Source of the DNA: a virus | Length of the DNA: 64,000 nt | Virus record (IMG/VR): IMGVR_UViG_3300017971_000007 | Reading direction: 5' to 3' (one strand) | Shown here: piece after piece, positions 19,802 through 29,182 of the stretch | Numbering within the stretch: position 1 is the stretch's first letter | How the letters are laid out: each line of letters opens with the position of its first letter | The notes under the pieces: generated by a model | The model's input: the letters and a program-made list of their open reading frames with translations, nothing else | Told to the model about the DNA's origin: nothing | The model's database searches: none | Program-made: the position numbers and the translations under genes

Positions 19802-20509
19802 ATGATTTTAAGAGATTATCCGTTAAAACCTGACGGTCTACTAATCCCAAGTAATCTTGAAATTATAACTAGGGTAAGAGGCAAGAAAGTTAGGAATCAT
19901 TGCCGTAAATTTCACAATATTTGGGTCGATCTCGGGAGGGAGTATCTTGCTCGGGTTGTAGCACCGAATGATACCCTAGATGATCACTATAACGAGCCTC
20001 CAAGAGAGTTCGTGATGTATTACGGAGTCGGTATAGGGGGAATTCATCAGACAAACCCGGCAGCGTACCAATCTCCTCTTTCTGTGGATTATCCTCCAGC
20101 TCATGCAAGCGGATTGCCCGGGAATCCTGGTAATAGCTTTGAGGATGATGACCTGACTATCGCTTATCTAGAGAGGCCCGTAAAAATACATCAATCAAGT
20201 TACATCTGGCTGGATAACGTAATCACACCAGTCACGTTCTTAAACAATAGTCGGACTGTAAGATTAGATCATCTATTCACAGTCACGGATATCAATAACG
20301 CGAGGACTCCAGCGTATGACCTGGTTCCGATAAGCGAGGTTTGTCTGTGTCTATCAACACAGGACCCTGACGCGACGAACGTCTATGATTCAGGAGCCCC
20401 GAATTATGTCGGAGCTGGAAGACCTCAAATATTGGCGTATAAACCATTCAGCCCGATACCCGTGACTCTGAACTTCTCGTTGGAGTTCAGATGGGAACTG
20501 AGATTTTAG
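19802..20509 (+). CDS. baseplate/fibre-attachment protein
   Basis: HNIWVDLGREYLA...YYGVGIGG and the C-terminal AYKPF...FSLEFRWELRF pattern resemble proteins that sit between wedge and fibre genes. Confidence 0.5.
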   Translation: MILRDYPLKPDGLLIPSNLEIITRVRGKKVRNHCRKFHNIWVDLGREYLARVVAPNDTLDDHYNEPPREFVMYYGVGIGGIHQTNPAAYQSPLSVDYPPAHASGLPGNPGNSFEDDDLTIAYLERPVKIHQSSYIWLDNVITPVTFLNNSRTVRLDHLFTVTDINNARTPAYDLVPISEVCLCLSTQDPDATNVYDSGAPNYVGAGRPQILAYKPFSPIPVTLNFSLEFRWELRF

Positions 20510-20518
20510 GAGAGTAGA

Positions 20519-23500
20519 ATGACCTTACCTCATCCAAAAGATGAAACTAATCCTGGTGATTTCTTTTATCCAGGAGCTCCAGATATCCAATTTGCTGATA
20601 CTCCCGGTCCAGCCGGTTCAAGAGCAGTGGAATTCGGAGAAGATGGATTATCTTCTGCCATAAATCGAGGATTCTACGCTCTCTTAAAAAACATAGAGTA
20701 TGTCTATAATCCCCTTGCAACGGACTTGGCTCGTCCGTCGTTTGTATCCTGGACCCCGGCTGGCGGAAGCGGTGTCTCATATACATTCACCGGCGTAAAT
20801 CTGTTTGTGGGGCATGCAGATTTATACCTGCCGGAAACTCAAGCCATCAGAGACAGCCTAATAGGCGTATTAGATGGGAATTATAACGAGCTCATAGACC
20901 CGACAACTGGCGATAAAATCGTTGTTAAAGAGATAAAAAACAACGGTGACACGGCCACGGTTGTCGGGACTGAATTCTATGACGGTGGAGCTATCGTAAG
21001 GTTCAAAAGAGTTCATCCGGTGACTGGGGTATCCGGATCGGATTACACTATCCCGGACGGGACTGCTGTACGATTTGCTGTCGGGGTTAGAGCAATCTTA
21101 GAAAATATTCCCGACGTCACGGAAGGGAAATATCTCCAGGATATGATGTACAAGGGATTCCCGAGAGGTGTATCGGAAATCCATGCCTCATCGTTCGTGC
21201 GCGACGGCTCCAGGAAGATGCTTGGGGACATCAACATGGACTCCAATGATATCAACAACGCCGTCATAATTAATAGCAAGTCCGCGACCCCGGCCGAGGA
21301 TTTGGATATAAGAGGCTCCAACAATCTTCTCCTAAGCGCATTGGATGCCGATGCTACTGGTACCGAAGGCCTTATAAAGATTGACGACAGGCTTCTTACG
21401 TCGGCAATAAATTTCAACGACTCCGAACCATCTGTGTATGCCCCTGACTCCATAAACACGAGCGTGCTGGGGGCATTAAATAGTCACGGTAGGCAGATTG
21501 AGGCCCTGTCCGGAGTAAATCTTATTTCCTACGCCTTCTATTTCAATGATGCTACGGGAGAGATAACCTGGGATGACATTATCTACAGTGTCGGAGGAGA
21601 GATTAGGAAAATAGATGCTGCTGGAGCTGGAAGCGGTTTCACCCCCACTTTATCGGATACGGACCTGTACCTGGTCATAGACTCCACGGGAGCCATAAAC
21701 GATAGGGAAGTATCTACGGGATTCTCTTTCGGGGACATCGCCCTTTACAACATCTATTACGATTCCGGGACCCCAGAGTATTCGTACAAGACGAGTCTCA
21801 CGAGATATTTCAGCACCAAATCAGATGCTCTACAACTTACCGTAGGATACAAGCCTGGTTCGGATTTCGGTGATTTGCAGAAGGCTTTGGATTTTGTGGC
21901 TCATCTTGGGACCACGTACTATATGCCGGGAGTTCCGTCCATAAAAATTCTGGACTATGTACTGTGCGGCAGCACTATCGAGGTAAAGTCCGATGTCCGG
22001 ATATTTGGTTCGTATCAAGACAGCACTATCTATACCCAAGCAAATGCAGCTAATGATGGAATCAATTGCGGAAATTATCGAGTCATTATCGAGAATCTGA
22101 CTCTAAGACCTCAATACGCCAGTGCCGATGGAGGAAACGCGATTTTGAATCCTGGTAGTGGCAGTATCATACGCGACGTCTCTGTGGACGCCTCAGTCAG
22201 CAATTACAGGTACGCGTATATAGTAAAAGTTGATGGGGCGGCCAGAAAGAATATTCTGATAGATAATATCTACACGGTCGATGAGGTCATTCGCGGATTT
22301 GTGGATACTAATTCTGACGCCGAGAACGTGAAAATAAGGAATTGCAACTTCAGACTCGCCGGGGTCCTTATGTCTGGCAACCCGATAATATCTCTGGCTG
22401 GGAGTAATTGTACGGTCGAAGGATGTTATATCTGGGATGCGTACGAGGACCTTATCAGAATCGGGCATAACGGTCTTGTGAAAGACTGTATTCTGCAGAT
22501 GAATTTAGGCGCTAACGGTTATCCGATTGTCGTGAAAAAGTTCGTGACTGGTACAGGAATTCACACAGCGCGGATCGTTAACTGTTCCACAACAAATGGA
22601 TTCTATTCTATATACATAGACTATAACTCCGAGACGAACATTTTCCTTGATGTTGAGATAAACGGATGCACATTTGTCGGGCAGAATTTAGCTCTCTATT
22701 CCAAGTACCCGGTTGCCACGTTGGCCGAGGAAAGCTTAATTAAGTTCATCAATAACTACGTGGAAGGTGGGTACAGGTCTCTGTATTTGGAAAATACAGA
22801 ACGAGTAATCATAGAAGGAAACCACTTTGAATCCGTTCCCTCAGATTCCATCCTTTACATTACTGGAAGCACGAAAGTGACGTTTGACGGAAATACCGTC
22901 TCTGACTGGCCTACGTACGGAATTGCGTATCTAAGTTCTGATACGAATAGTTACTGCAGTATCACAAACAATGTGTTTGTGAATAAGACCGACGGAGGTT
23001 CAAGAACTTGTATCTATTCGACGGGCGTGAATTGCTCCGTTAAAAATAATCTGTTTTTAAATGATACAGGAGTGGAGGCTGATGAGTGGGTGACAATAGA
23101 AGACTACGTCCGTGGGTGTACGGTGGATGGAAATGTATTTGATAAGACGAAGACGCATTCTGTTAAAGCAGACGATACACTGGACGCTGGTAATGAAAAG
23201 GGGTTTCTGGTTTCAAATAACTATTTCATGGGTGTTGGTGAAAACGGCTCAGCCGTTATAGTTCACGGGTTTGAGGGGAGCATAATATCTAGTAATTCAT
23301 TCGTTCCTCCCGCTCTCTCTTCTGCTTCTGGCGCAGCAATAGAAATAGGCAGAAGAAGTGACTCTGCCTTGTATAAAGGAGATGAGACATTAATAATAAA
23401 CAATATAATTTCAGAATATAGAGGGAAAGGTAGAGATTGGGCCAGTAATCTGGCTTCTACGATAAACCTCTTTACTAGAAATTCGGATTATCCAGTAAAC

Positions 23501-24139
23501 TGCTCGATATCGAATAATATATTGATATCGTGTGGGTCTGATACCGATTCAAAGGACTGTAAGGTGATACGTTCTGATGGGTACTGTGATATATCATTGA
23601 ATTACATATACAATCCGAAAGGGCCTGGTTCGGGCGGGAGTTTGGCGGTTATAGAATTCGGAGAATATTCTAGAGTTTGTAATAATCACATTAAAGCTAA
23701 CGCCTTATATTTAGCTCGAGACACTACTCTTCTGAGAATAAGCGGCGAGTTCAGCAAAATTTCTGATAATTATGTAATGGTGACGGCTTCACGGGAATTA
23801 AATTTATTGCGCGGAATATCTCAATACTTGGGGAGCTCTGGTATTGGAGACGATGCAGAAAATTGTATGATATCTAATAATTTTATTGTTGTGGACGATA
23901 CTAATGTAATCACCGGAACGGCTGCTTCTATCTATTTACCTATAGCAGCAGATTACATTCAATTGCTCGGAAATAGAGCCACTGGAGATATAGATGCGGC
24001 GAATTTAAGTACATACTCCATAGTTATAGGAAATATGGGAGACACAATCTCCGCCTTACCGCAGGCAGTTACTGCGGATGATGCTAGTGCGGGCGGAACT
24101 AAAGGCGGAAATAGGCAGACAGCAGGAGGACCACTATAG
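20519..24139 (+). CDS. tailspike / depolymerase with right-handed parallel beta-helix
   Basis: Long run of Asn-ladder repeats (IENLTL, IRNCNF, VEGCYI, IEGNHF, ITNNVF, VSNNYF, ISNNIL) after TVG....DFGDLQKALD. Confidence 0.8.
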   Translation: MTLPHPKDETNPGDFFYPGAPDIQFADTPGPAGSRAVEFGEDGLSSAINRGFYALLKNIEYVYNPLATDLARPSFVSWTPAGGSGVSYTFTGVNLFVGHADLYLPETQAIRDSLIGVLDGNYNELIDPTTGDKIVVKEIKNNGDTATVVGTEFYDGGAIVRFKRVHPVTGVSGSDYTIPDGTAVRFAVGVRAILENIPDVTEGKYLQDMMYKGFPRGVSEIHASSFVRDGSRKMLGDINMDSNDINNAVIINSKSATPAEDLDIRGSNNLLLSALDADATGTEGLIKIDDRLLTSAINFNDSEPSVYAPDSINTSVLGALNSHGRQIEALSGVNLISYAFYFNDATGEITWDDIIYSVGGEIRKIDAAGAGSGFTPTLSDTDLYLVIDSTGAINDREVSTGFSFGDIALYNIYYDSGTPEYSYKTSLTRYFSTKSDALQLTVGYKPGSDFGDLQKALDFVAHLGTTYYMPGVPSIKILDYVLCGSTIEVKSDVRIFGSYQDSTIYTQANAANDGINCGNYRVIIENLTLRPQYASADGGNAILNPGSGSIIRDVSVDASVSNYRYAYIVKVDGAARKNILIDNIYTVDEVIRGFVDTNSDAENVKIRNCNFRLAGVLMSGNPIISLAGSNCTVEGCYIWDAYEDLIRIGHNGLVKDCILQMNLGANGYPIVVKKFVTGTGIHTARIVNCSTTNGFYSIYIDYNSETNIFLDVEINGCTFVGQNLALYSKYPVATLAEESLIKFINNYVEGGYRSLYLENTERVIIEGNHFESVPSDSILYITGSTKVTFDGNTVSDWPTYGIAYLSSDTNSYCSITNNVFVNKTDGGSRTCIYSTGVNCSVKNNLFLNDTGVEADEWVTIEDYVRGCTVDGNVFDKTKTHSVKADDTLDAGNEKGFLVSNNYFMGVGENGSAVIVHGFEGSIISSNSFVPPALSSASGAAIEIGRRSDSALYKGDETLIINNIISEYRGKGRDWASNLASTINLFTRNSDYPVNCSISNNILISCGSDTDSKDCKVIRSDGYCDISLNYIYNPKGPGSGGSLAVIEFGEYSRVCNNHIKANALYLARDTTLLRISGEFSKISDNYVMVTASRELNLLRGISQYLGSSGIGDDAENCMISNNFIVVDDTNVITGTAASIYLPIAADYIQLLGNRATGDIDAANLSTYSIVIGNMGDTISALPQAVTADDASAGGTKGGNRQTAGGPL

Positions 24140-24140
24140 A

Positions 24141-24473
24141 ATGAATCAGATTGTCGAAATCCTTATAAGTTGGCAGGCTTTGTTGATATCGTTGTCGGTA
24201 TCCACGATTCTGCATCTAATCAAAGCCACGTACTTGTACGACAGGAAATGGTTTAAGGCTTTCATGCCTTTGTATCCTTTCGTACTAGCAGTTGGGATAG
24301 TGCTGATTCCAGGCATAGACCCTCCAGCCCCCATCAAATCCACAGTCCCGGAGATTCTGTACGGAGTCTATGCCGGTTGGTTGTCATCGTTCTCCTTTCA
24401 GCTATTCAAGAGCGTGCTCAAGAAAGGATTCGGTCTGAAAAGTCTGAATACGGATAATGCTGGAGAAGATTAA
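24141..24473 (+). CDS. holin-like membrane protein (about 3 TM segments)
   Basis: Likely start is the ATG at 24141 (MNQIVEILISW...), just after the tailspike stop; three hydrophobic stretches and a charged C-terminus. Confidence 0.55.
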   Translation: MNQIVEILISWQALLISLSVSTILHLIKATYLYDRKWFKAFMPLYPFVLAVGIVLIPGIDPPAPIKSTVPEILYGVYAGWLSSFSFQLFKSVLKKGFGLKSLNTDNAGED

Positions 24474-24768
24474 GAAATACTGGAAATGGTTCGTGGCTGG
24501 TCTAGTATCAGCCACTATCGCTATAATGGGGGTATTGTTGTGGAGGAGAGGAAAGGTCAAAACGGATTCTGTAACCAGCGACAAGGCCGCGGACAAACTT
24601 GAGAAGGACTTAATTGAGATTCAGAAGAAGAAAGAAGACGACCTAAAAAAATTGGAGGAGCAGCGCAAGGATAAGCTCGGTAGGATGTCAGAAGAGCAGC
24701 ATGAAGAGTACGAGAAGTTGAAAAACAAACCCGTAGAGGAAGTTGCCGAATGGATAGACAAGCTCTAG
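24457..24768 (+). CDS. membrane-anchored coiled-coil protein (i-spanin-like)
   Basis: N-terminal TM (WFVAGLVSATIAIMGVLLW), then a charged coiled coil; follows the holin-like gene. Confidence 0.45.
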   Translation: MLEKIKKYWKWFVAGLVSATIAIMGVLLWRRGKVKTDSVTSDKAADKLEKDLIEIQKKKEDDLKKLEEQRKDKLGRMSEEQHEEYEKLKNKPVEEVAEWIDKL

Positions 24769-25514
24769 ACCTATATCCGTCATTCTTTGACGAACTAGAA
24801 AAAATCGCTGACTATAGCACAGCAGCAATTGCGCACGAATTAGGCCATGCTCAAGCTTTTGAGCAAAGCAAGATACCTGTAGGTCTAGATATTGGCGGAA
24901 GGGCGGCGATAAAATTAGTAGGCAATCTCGCATCATACCTTTCGACTCTACAAGGTAAGCCTGGTTTGGCCGCAATCTCATCGTTAGTAGCTGATTCCCC
25001 GACATTAGTAAGTGAGGGAAGAGCAAGTTACAAGGCCTTGAAGTCCCTGAAAGAAATGGGAATCAGTGAAGACGACTACAAGACTACCAGAAAGAATCTA
25101 GCCAAGGCATTCGGGACGTACATGATTCCAGCTGCAGCCAATGCTCTTACTAGAGCCGGTGCCTCGCATTTGATGAAGAAGGGTGTCGTGGGCAGGAGCC
25201 CCGATTCATTGGCTGGGACATTAATGACTGAATCGGTTATCGGTATGTTAGGTTCTGGAGCACTGAAAAAGTCATTCGACAAAACAAGGAAAGACTCGGT
25301 GTTAAGTAGAGAGCAGGTAGAGCAGTTAAAGAAGCAGATGGGAGTAGCTACTGGATTTTACAAGGCCAAGAAATCCCTACAATCAGATGCGTATATGCCT
25401 CCTCAACCAAAAATTCTTAGGAAGCCCATCGAGAGAAGTTTAAAGCCGTACCTGAGAGAGAAATCGAAATCTAAAGAGATTGTAGAAAAAGGCGGAATAT
25501 TGCTTTTGGATTAG
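24750..25514 (+). CDS. HExxH zinc metallopeptidase-like protein (YugP/neutral Zn peptidase-like) with SFFDELEKIA leader
   Basis: AIAHELGHA motif plus downstream PTLVSEGRASYKAL...L.KAFGTY (candidate third-ligand Glu segment). Confidence 0.7.
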   Translation: MDRQALDLYPSFFDELEKIADYSTAAIAHELGHAQAFEQSKIPVGLDIGGRAAIKLVGNLASYLSTLQGKPGLAAISSLVADSPTLVSEGRASYKALKSLKEMGISEDDYKTTRKNLAKAFGTYMIPAAANALTRAGASHLMKKGVVGRSPDSLAGTLMTESVIGMLGSGALKKSFDKTRKDSVLSREQVEQLKKQMGVATGFYKAKKSLQSDAYMPPQPKILRKPIERSLKPYLREKSKSKEIVEKGGILLLD

Positions 25515-25518
25515 GGCT

Positions 25519-25809
25519 ATGATTACTTCCTTACTTAGTTCCTTTCCGTTGTACGCCGAGCTGGGGAAACTTGGTATTGTCGGCGTTGTTGTGGGCGTTC
25601 TTATCTATTTATTAGTGCAGAGTCGAAAAGAGGTCAGGCATCTGCTTTCCTCGAATGAGAAGTCAGCAACTGACTACATGAAGCACATAGATGAGCTGAC
25701 TAAAATCACAATAGAGACTAATTGGGAGTGCAGTAAGGCCATGACAGTACAGGCTGAGGTCCTGCGCTCATTTGAGAGAATCATCGACGGACAGAGGCGA
25801 GACAAATGA
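25519..25809 (+). CDS. single-TM coiled-coil protein (holin/antiholin-like)
   Basis: LGIVGVVVGVLIYLLV hydrophobic segment followed by a helical charged region. Confidence 0.45.
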   Translation: MITSLLSSFPLYAELGKLGIVGVVVGVLIYLLVQSRKEVRHLLSSNEKSATDYMKHIDELTKITIETNWECSKAMTVQAEVLRSFERIIDGQRRDK

Positions 25810-26117
25810 ACGGTTTCAAGAAAACAATCGAGAGACTTGGACTAGTAGAAAAAGGGGTAATCGATGAACTCAAATTGGGGGGCGAGGAGCTTCTAGATTA
25901 TCTCGTCCAAAAGAAGATACTTGATAGTGAGTATCTTCCAATTATCAAGGAAGTGGCCGAGGATGTAGGAAGCGAGAACCAGCTTCAAGTTCTTAGGGGG
26001 GAACAGAAGATACTGAAGGTTCAGTGCTCTCACGTGATCAAGAAATCGGCGAAGATAATTGCTAGGATGAGAGATGCTCCTATCCCCAAGAAACATGATC
26101 TAGTGGCAGTAAAATGA
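25806..26117 (+). CDS. hypothetical protein
   Basis: 103 aa, ATGA overlaps on both sides. Confidence 0.6.
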   Translation: MNGFKKTIERLGLVEKGVIDELKLGGEELLDYLVQKKILDSEYLPIIKEVAEDVGSENQLQVLRGEQKILKVQCSHVIKKSAKIIARMRDAPIPKKHDLVAVK

Positions 26118-27514
26118 ACTCATCATTCTTCGACGAATTAACAAAGATAGCAGAAGAGCATAAACTACAAGGACATACTAATTTCCAGGGTATTCCGATT
26201 GCCGTAGAGAATAGGAAAGGGTCTGTTAGGAAAGGAACAGATTCTGACGGGAATGAGTGGCGAACGGAGATGAAGTACCCGTACGGGTATGTGAAGGGGA
26301 CGAAGGGGGCTGATGGGGAAGAAATCGATGTCTATGTCGGTCCTAATAAAGAATCCCCTAATGCTTTCGTAGTCCATCAAAAGGACAAGGATACCGGGAA
26401 GTATGACGAGGATAAATGCTTTCTTGGGTTCGATTCCAAGAAAGATACTAGAGAGGCTTTCCTGAAACACTACGACAGCCCGAAATTTTTGGGGCCTATA
26501 TCCAAGGTTCCGATAGAGAAGCTAAAAGAAAAAATAAGAGAAGGTAAGCAGCTGACGAAAATCAGTTCTTGTGTGGAATTTGAGAAAAATGCTGTCGACC
26601 CCCTCACGTTGGCCGGATTAGGGGCCTTGTCCCATGTAGGCGCGAACCTGGCCGTGAAAGCGGGACACGGAACAAAATTTCTTAGGAATGTGAGAAGCGG
26701 AGGTCTAGCCAGAGGAATCCGTTCTGGAATAGAAGGAAAGCCGCAGGGAATCGGAAGCAGGATGCTGGAAACGTGGGCCGGTCCGGAATTGGTGGCCACA
26801 GAGCATGCTGGAAGAGGTATCGGAAAGATATTAAGAGGGAGAACTCCTCATCAGCAAAAAAGAGCACTAAAGAAATTACGAAAAGCCGTGGCTATGAACC
26901 CAAACTTAAAACATACCCCGATAATGGAGGACGTAGTAGGAGGAGTAACTAAGGCAATAGAGGGAGGATTACCGAAAGCTGGACCGGTTAGAGAAGCTGG
27001 AAGGCTTGCAAGAGCTGCCGCATTCGCTCCAGCACCTATTCTGGCCGCGACCGAACCCTCGGCCTTAGTTCATATGGGAATTAATGTGGCCAGAAAGGGT
27101 GTAGCTCAAAGCAAAGCAGGCAAAGAGTTCATGAGAAAGGGTATGAAACGTGGTCTAGTAGAAGGGGGAGCAGATGCTGCTCCTTCTGTTAGGGAGAGGA
27201 TAATGGATGTCCTAGTTTCTCCAGCCGCCTTGCACACAGAACGTATGGGCAGAGCCATGGCGGACCTTCCTGCAACAGCTAGTAAAGAGCAGTTAGCTAG
27301 ATTAACCGGAGCTAGCCATAGTTTGATGGGTCAAAAAAGATTGAGAGGTGCTATCAAGAGGGCACCTAAGGCAGCCGAAGAAAAAATTAAAGGCGAGGCA
27401 AGACAGATTAGAGGCGATATCCAGGAAATGGCCCGTCCGGCTCCAAGGAAGGCTTCTCCAGCACCTTCTGTCGGTGCTACAGATTACGGCATACCATTGG
27501 GAGTAAGATGGTGA
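26114..27514 (+). CDS. inorganic-pyrophosphatase-like (InPase) domain fused to a basic Gly/Ala-rich region, with SFFDELTKIA leader
   Basis: GIPIAVENRKGSVRKG.D.DG.EW...M..PYGYVKGT.GADGEEIDVYVGP...FVVHQ...G.YDEDK.FLGF matches the phage InPase domain pattern. Confidence 0.75.
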   Translation: MNSSFFDELTKIAEEHKLQGHTNFQGIPIAVENRKGSVRKGTDSDGNEWRTEMKYPYGYVKGTKGADGEEIDVYVGPNKESPNAFVVHQKDKDTGKYDEDKCFLGFDSKKDTREAFLKHYDSPKFLGPISKVPIEKLKEKIREGKQLTKISSCVEFEKNAVDPLTLAGLGALSHVGANLAVKAGHGTKFLRNVRSGGLARGIRSGIEGKPQGIGSRMLETWAGPELVATEHAGRGIGKILRGRTPHQQKRALKKLRKAVAMNPNLKHTPIMEDVVGGVTKAIEGGLPKAGPVREAGRLARAAAFAPAPILAATEPSALVHMGINVARKGVAQSKAGKEFMRKGMKRGLVEGGADAAPSVRERIMDVLVSPAALHTERMGRAMADLPATASKEQLARLTGASHSLMGQKRLRGAIKRAPKAAEEKIKGEARQIRGDIQEMARPAPRKASPAPSVGATDYGIPLGVRW

Positions 27515-28083
27515 AAGCAATAACAACCGCGATTATTGTGTATTCTCTCCACATGTTCATGTTCTCCTTTATACACCCGTCAGAGATTGTCGCGCAAGAA
27601 AGGTGTCGTACGCAAAATTATGACAACGCTGACGTAGAGCCTGATTATAGTTGTCCCGGTCCTGGGGAAGATGTCATCATCCCTTCCATGTCGTATAACC
27701 CGTCTAGGGGATTGGTGAGAGGTTCTACTATCCTTCCCATGAACGGAGACAAGATAGTTCTAGGATACGATGCGGTATTAATGGATAAAAACAAGACCAT
27801 CGAACTCGGTCTGACGGTAAAGGGATTGAGGAAATTGAGATGGATGGATTTGAAGTTCGTGAAGAAGATGTTTGAGGTTAATCTCAACGCCGAAAAATCT
27901 GTATTCAATTCGAGATTGGATTTTCAGAAAAGTAGGGTCGAAACGTGCATCAATCAGAGAGATGAGATAAAAAAAGAGCTCGAGAGCTCGAGCAAATGGT
28001 ATAAGAGCTGGCCGGTCGGTGCTATCATAGGGTCAATGGTAACAGCCGCAGTCATGACTGCGGTTTTCGCTGCCGTGGAATAG
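27508..28083 (+). CDS. exported/membrane protein with C-terminal TM anchor (spanin-like candidate)
   Basis: Hydrophobic N-terminus, coiled coil, then KWYKSWPVGAIIGSMVTAAVMTAVFAAV C-terminal anchor. Confidence 0.45.
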   Translation: MVKAITTAIIVYSLHMFMFSFIHPSEIVAQERCRTQNYDNADVEPDYSCPGPGEDVIIPSMSYNPSRGLVRGSTILPMNGDKIVLGYDAVLMDKNKTIELGLTVKGLRKLRWMDLKFVKKMFEVNLNAEKSVFNSRLDFQKSRVETCINQRDEIKKELESSSKWYKSWPVGAIIGSMVTAAVMTAVFAAVE

Positions 28084-28100
28084 TCTTAATTAGGTTAGTG

Positions 28101-28133
28101 AGGGGAGTCCGCGAAAACGGACTCCCCTTTTTT
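28101..28133 (+). terminator. rho-independent terminator ending the tail/lysis operon
   Basis: Perfect 11-bp stem aggggagtccg / cggactcccct, 6-nt loop, then a T run; lies at the convergence of the + and - operons. Confidence 0.9.
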
Positions 28134-28291
28134 CATTTAATCACTGCATCATTTAGAAGACGGGTTCTTAACTTGGATATTGAATCTAGATTTTTGGTAG
28201 ATATCCCTATCTTATTAGCCAATTTGATGAGCTGTTTCTCAGATAGGGAATAGAATTCGTCTTCGCCTAGTTCGACGAAACTAGGCTCCAC
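28133..28291 (-). CDS. small helix-extension-helix (Rho-N/SAP-like) protein, absent from the ORF track
   Basis: GTG overlaps the upstream TAG (TAGTG): MEPSFVELGEDEFYSLSEKQLIKLANKIGISTKNLDSISKLRTRLLNDAVIK, 52 aa. Confidence 0.55.
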   Translation of the reverse strand: MEPSFVELGEDEFYSLSEKQLIKLANKIGISTKNLDSISKLRTRLLNDAVIK

Positions 28292-28986
28292 TACTTTCCC
28301 TCTTCCTCCTCCTCTTCGAGCTTCTCATTTATTTCTTTGTCCAAATCACTGAATCCGAGATCGTCTGGAGCGTTATCGATGGTCAGAACCTCATCGTTTT
28401 CGAGCCACGAGCCGAGATGGAAAATCATTTCTCTGGCTGCCCATGCATTATCGGCGGATTCTTTCAGAGCCTTAGTTACCTCTTTTCCTCTCGCATCTGC
28501 TGCATCGGAAAGCCCGTCTACGATTTCTCCGATGTCATCGATCTTCTTTTCTTGTCTTGTCAATCGCTCATCAATTTTCTGAAGAATTTGCACCAAATCA
28601 GACTGCTGGCTTGGGGATGAGGCTTTAGAAGACTTTTTGGATCTCTTTTCTTGTCCCTTCTCCTCTTCCTCCTCGTCCTTTGATTCTTCCTCGTCTTTCG
28701 CTTCTTCTTCATCCACTTTTCGTCCGCGTCCCCGTTTTAGCCTGGACCCGCCACTCTTCTCCTTTTTCAGCTTACTCCCTTTCCCCTTCTTCTCCTTCTT
28801 TTCCTTCTTGTCTGATTTTTCGTCTTCTTCCGCAGCCCCTCCGTCTTGGTTTTCGAAGAGCCAATCCTTAAGCTCATCAACTCCCATCTCGTTGGCTTTC
28901 TTGGCGCTGAGACCTAGCTTCTTGACCAAACGCCGGGCTTCAATCCCTGTCATATCATCGATTTCTTCTCGGCTATACTTTGACAT
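28291..28986 (-). CDS. nucleic-acid-binding protein candidate: HeH-like N-terminus, K/E low-complexity linker, coiled coil
   Basis: YSREEIDDMTGIEARRLVKKLGL...DELKDWL, followed by alternating poly-Lys and poly-Glu tracts. Confidence 0.55.
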   Translation of the reverse strand: MSKYSREEIDDMTGIEARRLVKKLGLSAKKANEMGVDELKDWLFENQDGGAAEEDEKSDKKEKKEKKGKGSKLKKEKSGGSRLKRGRGRKVDEEEAKDEEESKDEEEEEKGQEKRSKKSSKASSPSQQSDLVQILQKIDERLTRQEKKIDDIGEIVDGLSDAADARGKEVTKALKESADNAWAAREMIFHLGSWLENDEVLTIDNAPDDLGFSDLDKEINEKLEEEEEEGK

Positions 28987-29182
28987 TCTTGCCTCCTTTG
29001 ACCGGTTTCACCAGTATCTGATATGCCGTTTCTCCAGCTATCTGAATTATTTCCTGTCTCGCTTGTATGATATATTCTTCTGTGACTACCCAATCTCCAC
29101 ACCCTTCACAATTCCTAATCTTGTCTATGGTCGCGTCTTTGCATCTGCCCAGCTTGTCGCAGGTTTTGCAAATCTTATTCAT
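28973..29182 (-). CDS. small Cys-rich protein
   Basis: CKTC...C...CEGC; overlaps both neighbours within the operon. Confidence 0.55.
   Translation of the reverse strand: MNKICKTCDKLGRCKDATIDKIRNCEGCGDWVVTEEYIIQARQEIIQIAGETAYQILVKPVKGGKNVKV

Noticed and set aside
908-24139. Stand-alone contractile injection system (eCIS/tailocin)
   Set aside because: The same contig carries a portal, replication genes and an RNAP, consistent with a complete phage.
27998-28005. GGTATAAG match as a third promoter copy
   Set aside because: Lies inside a CDS (KWYKS), lacks the TTC prefix and the spaced CAAAA, and points at a terminator.
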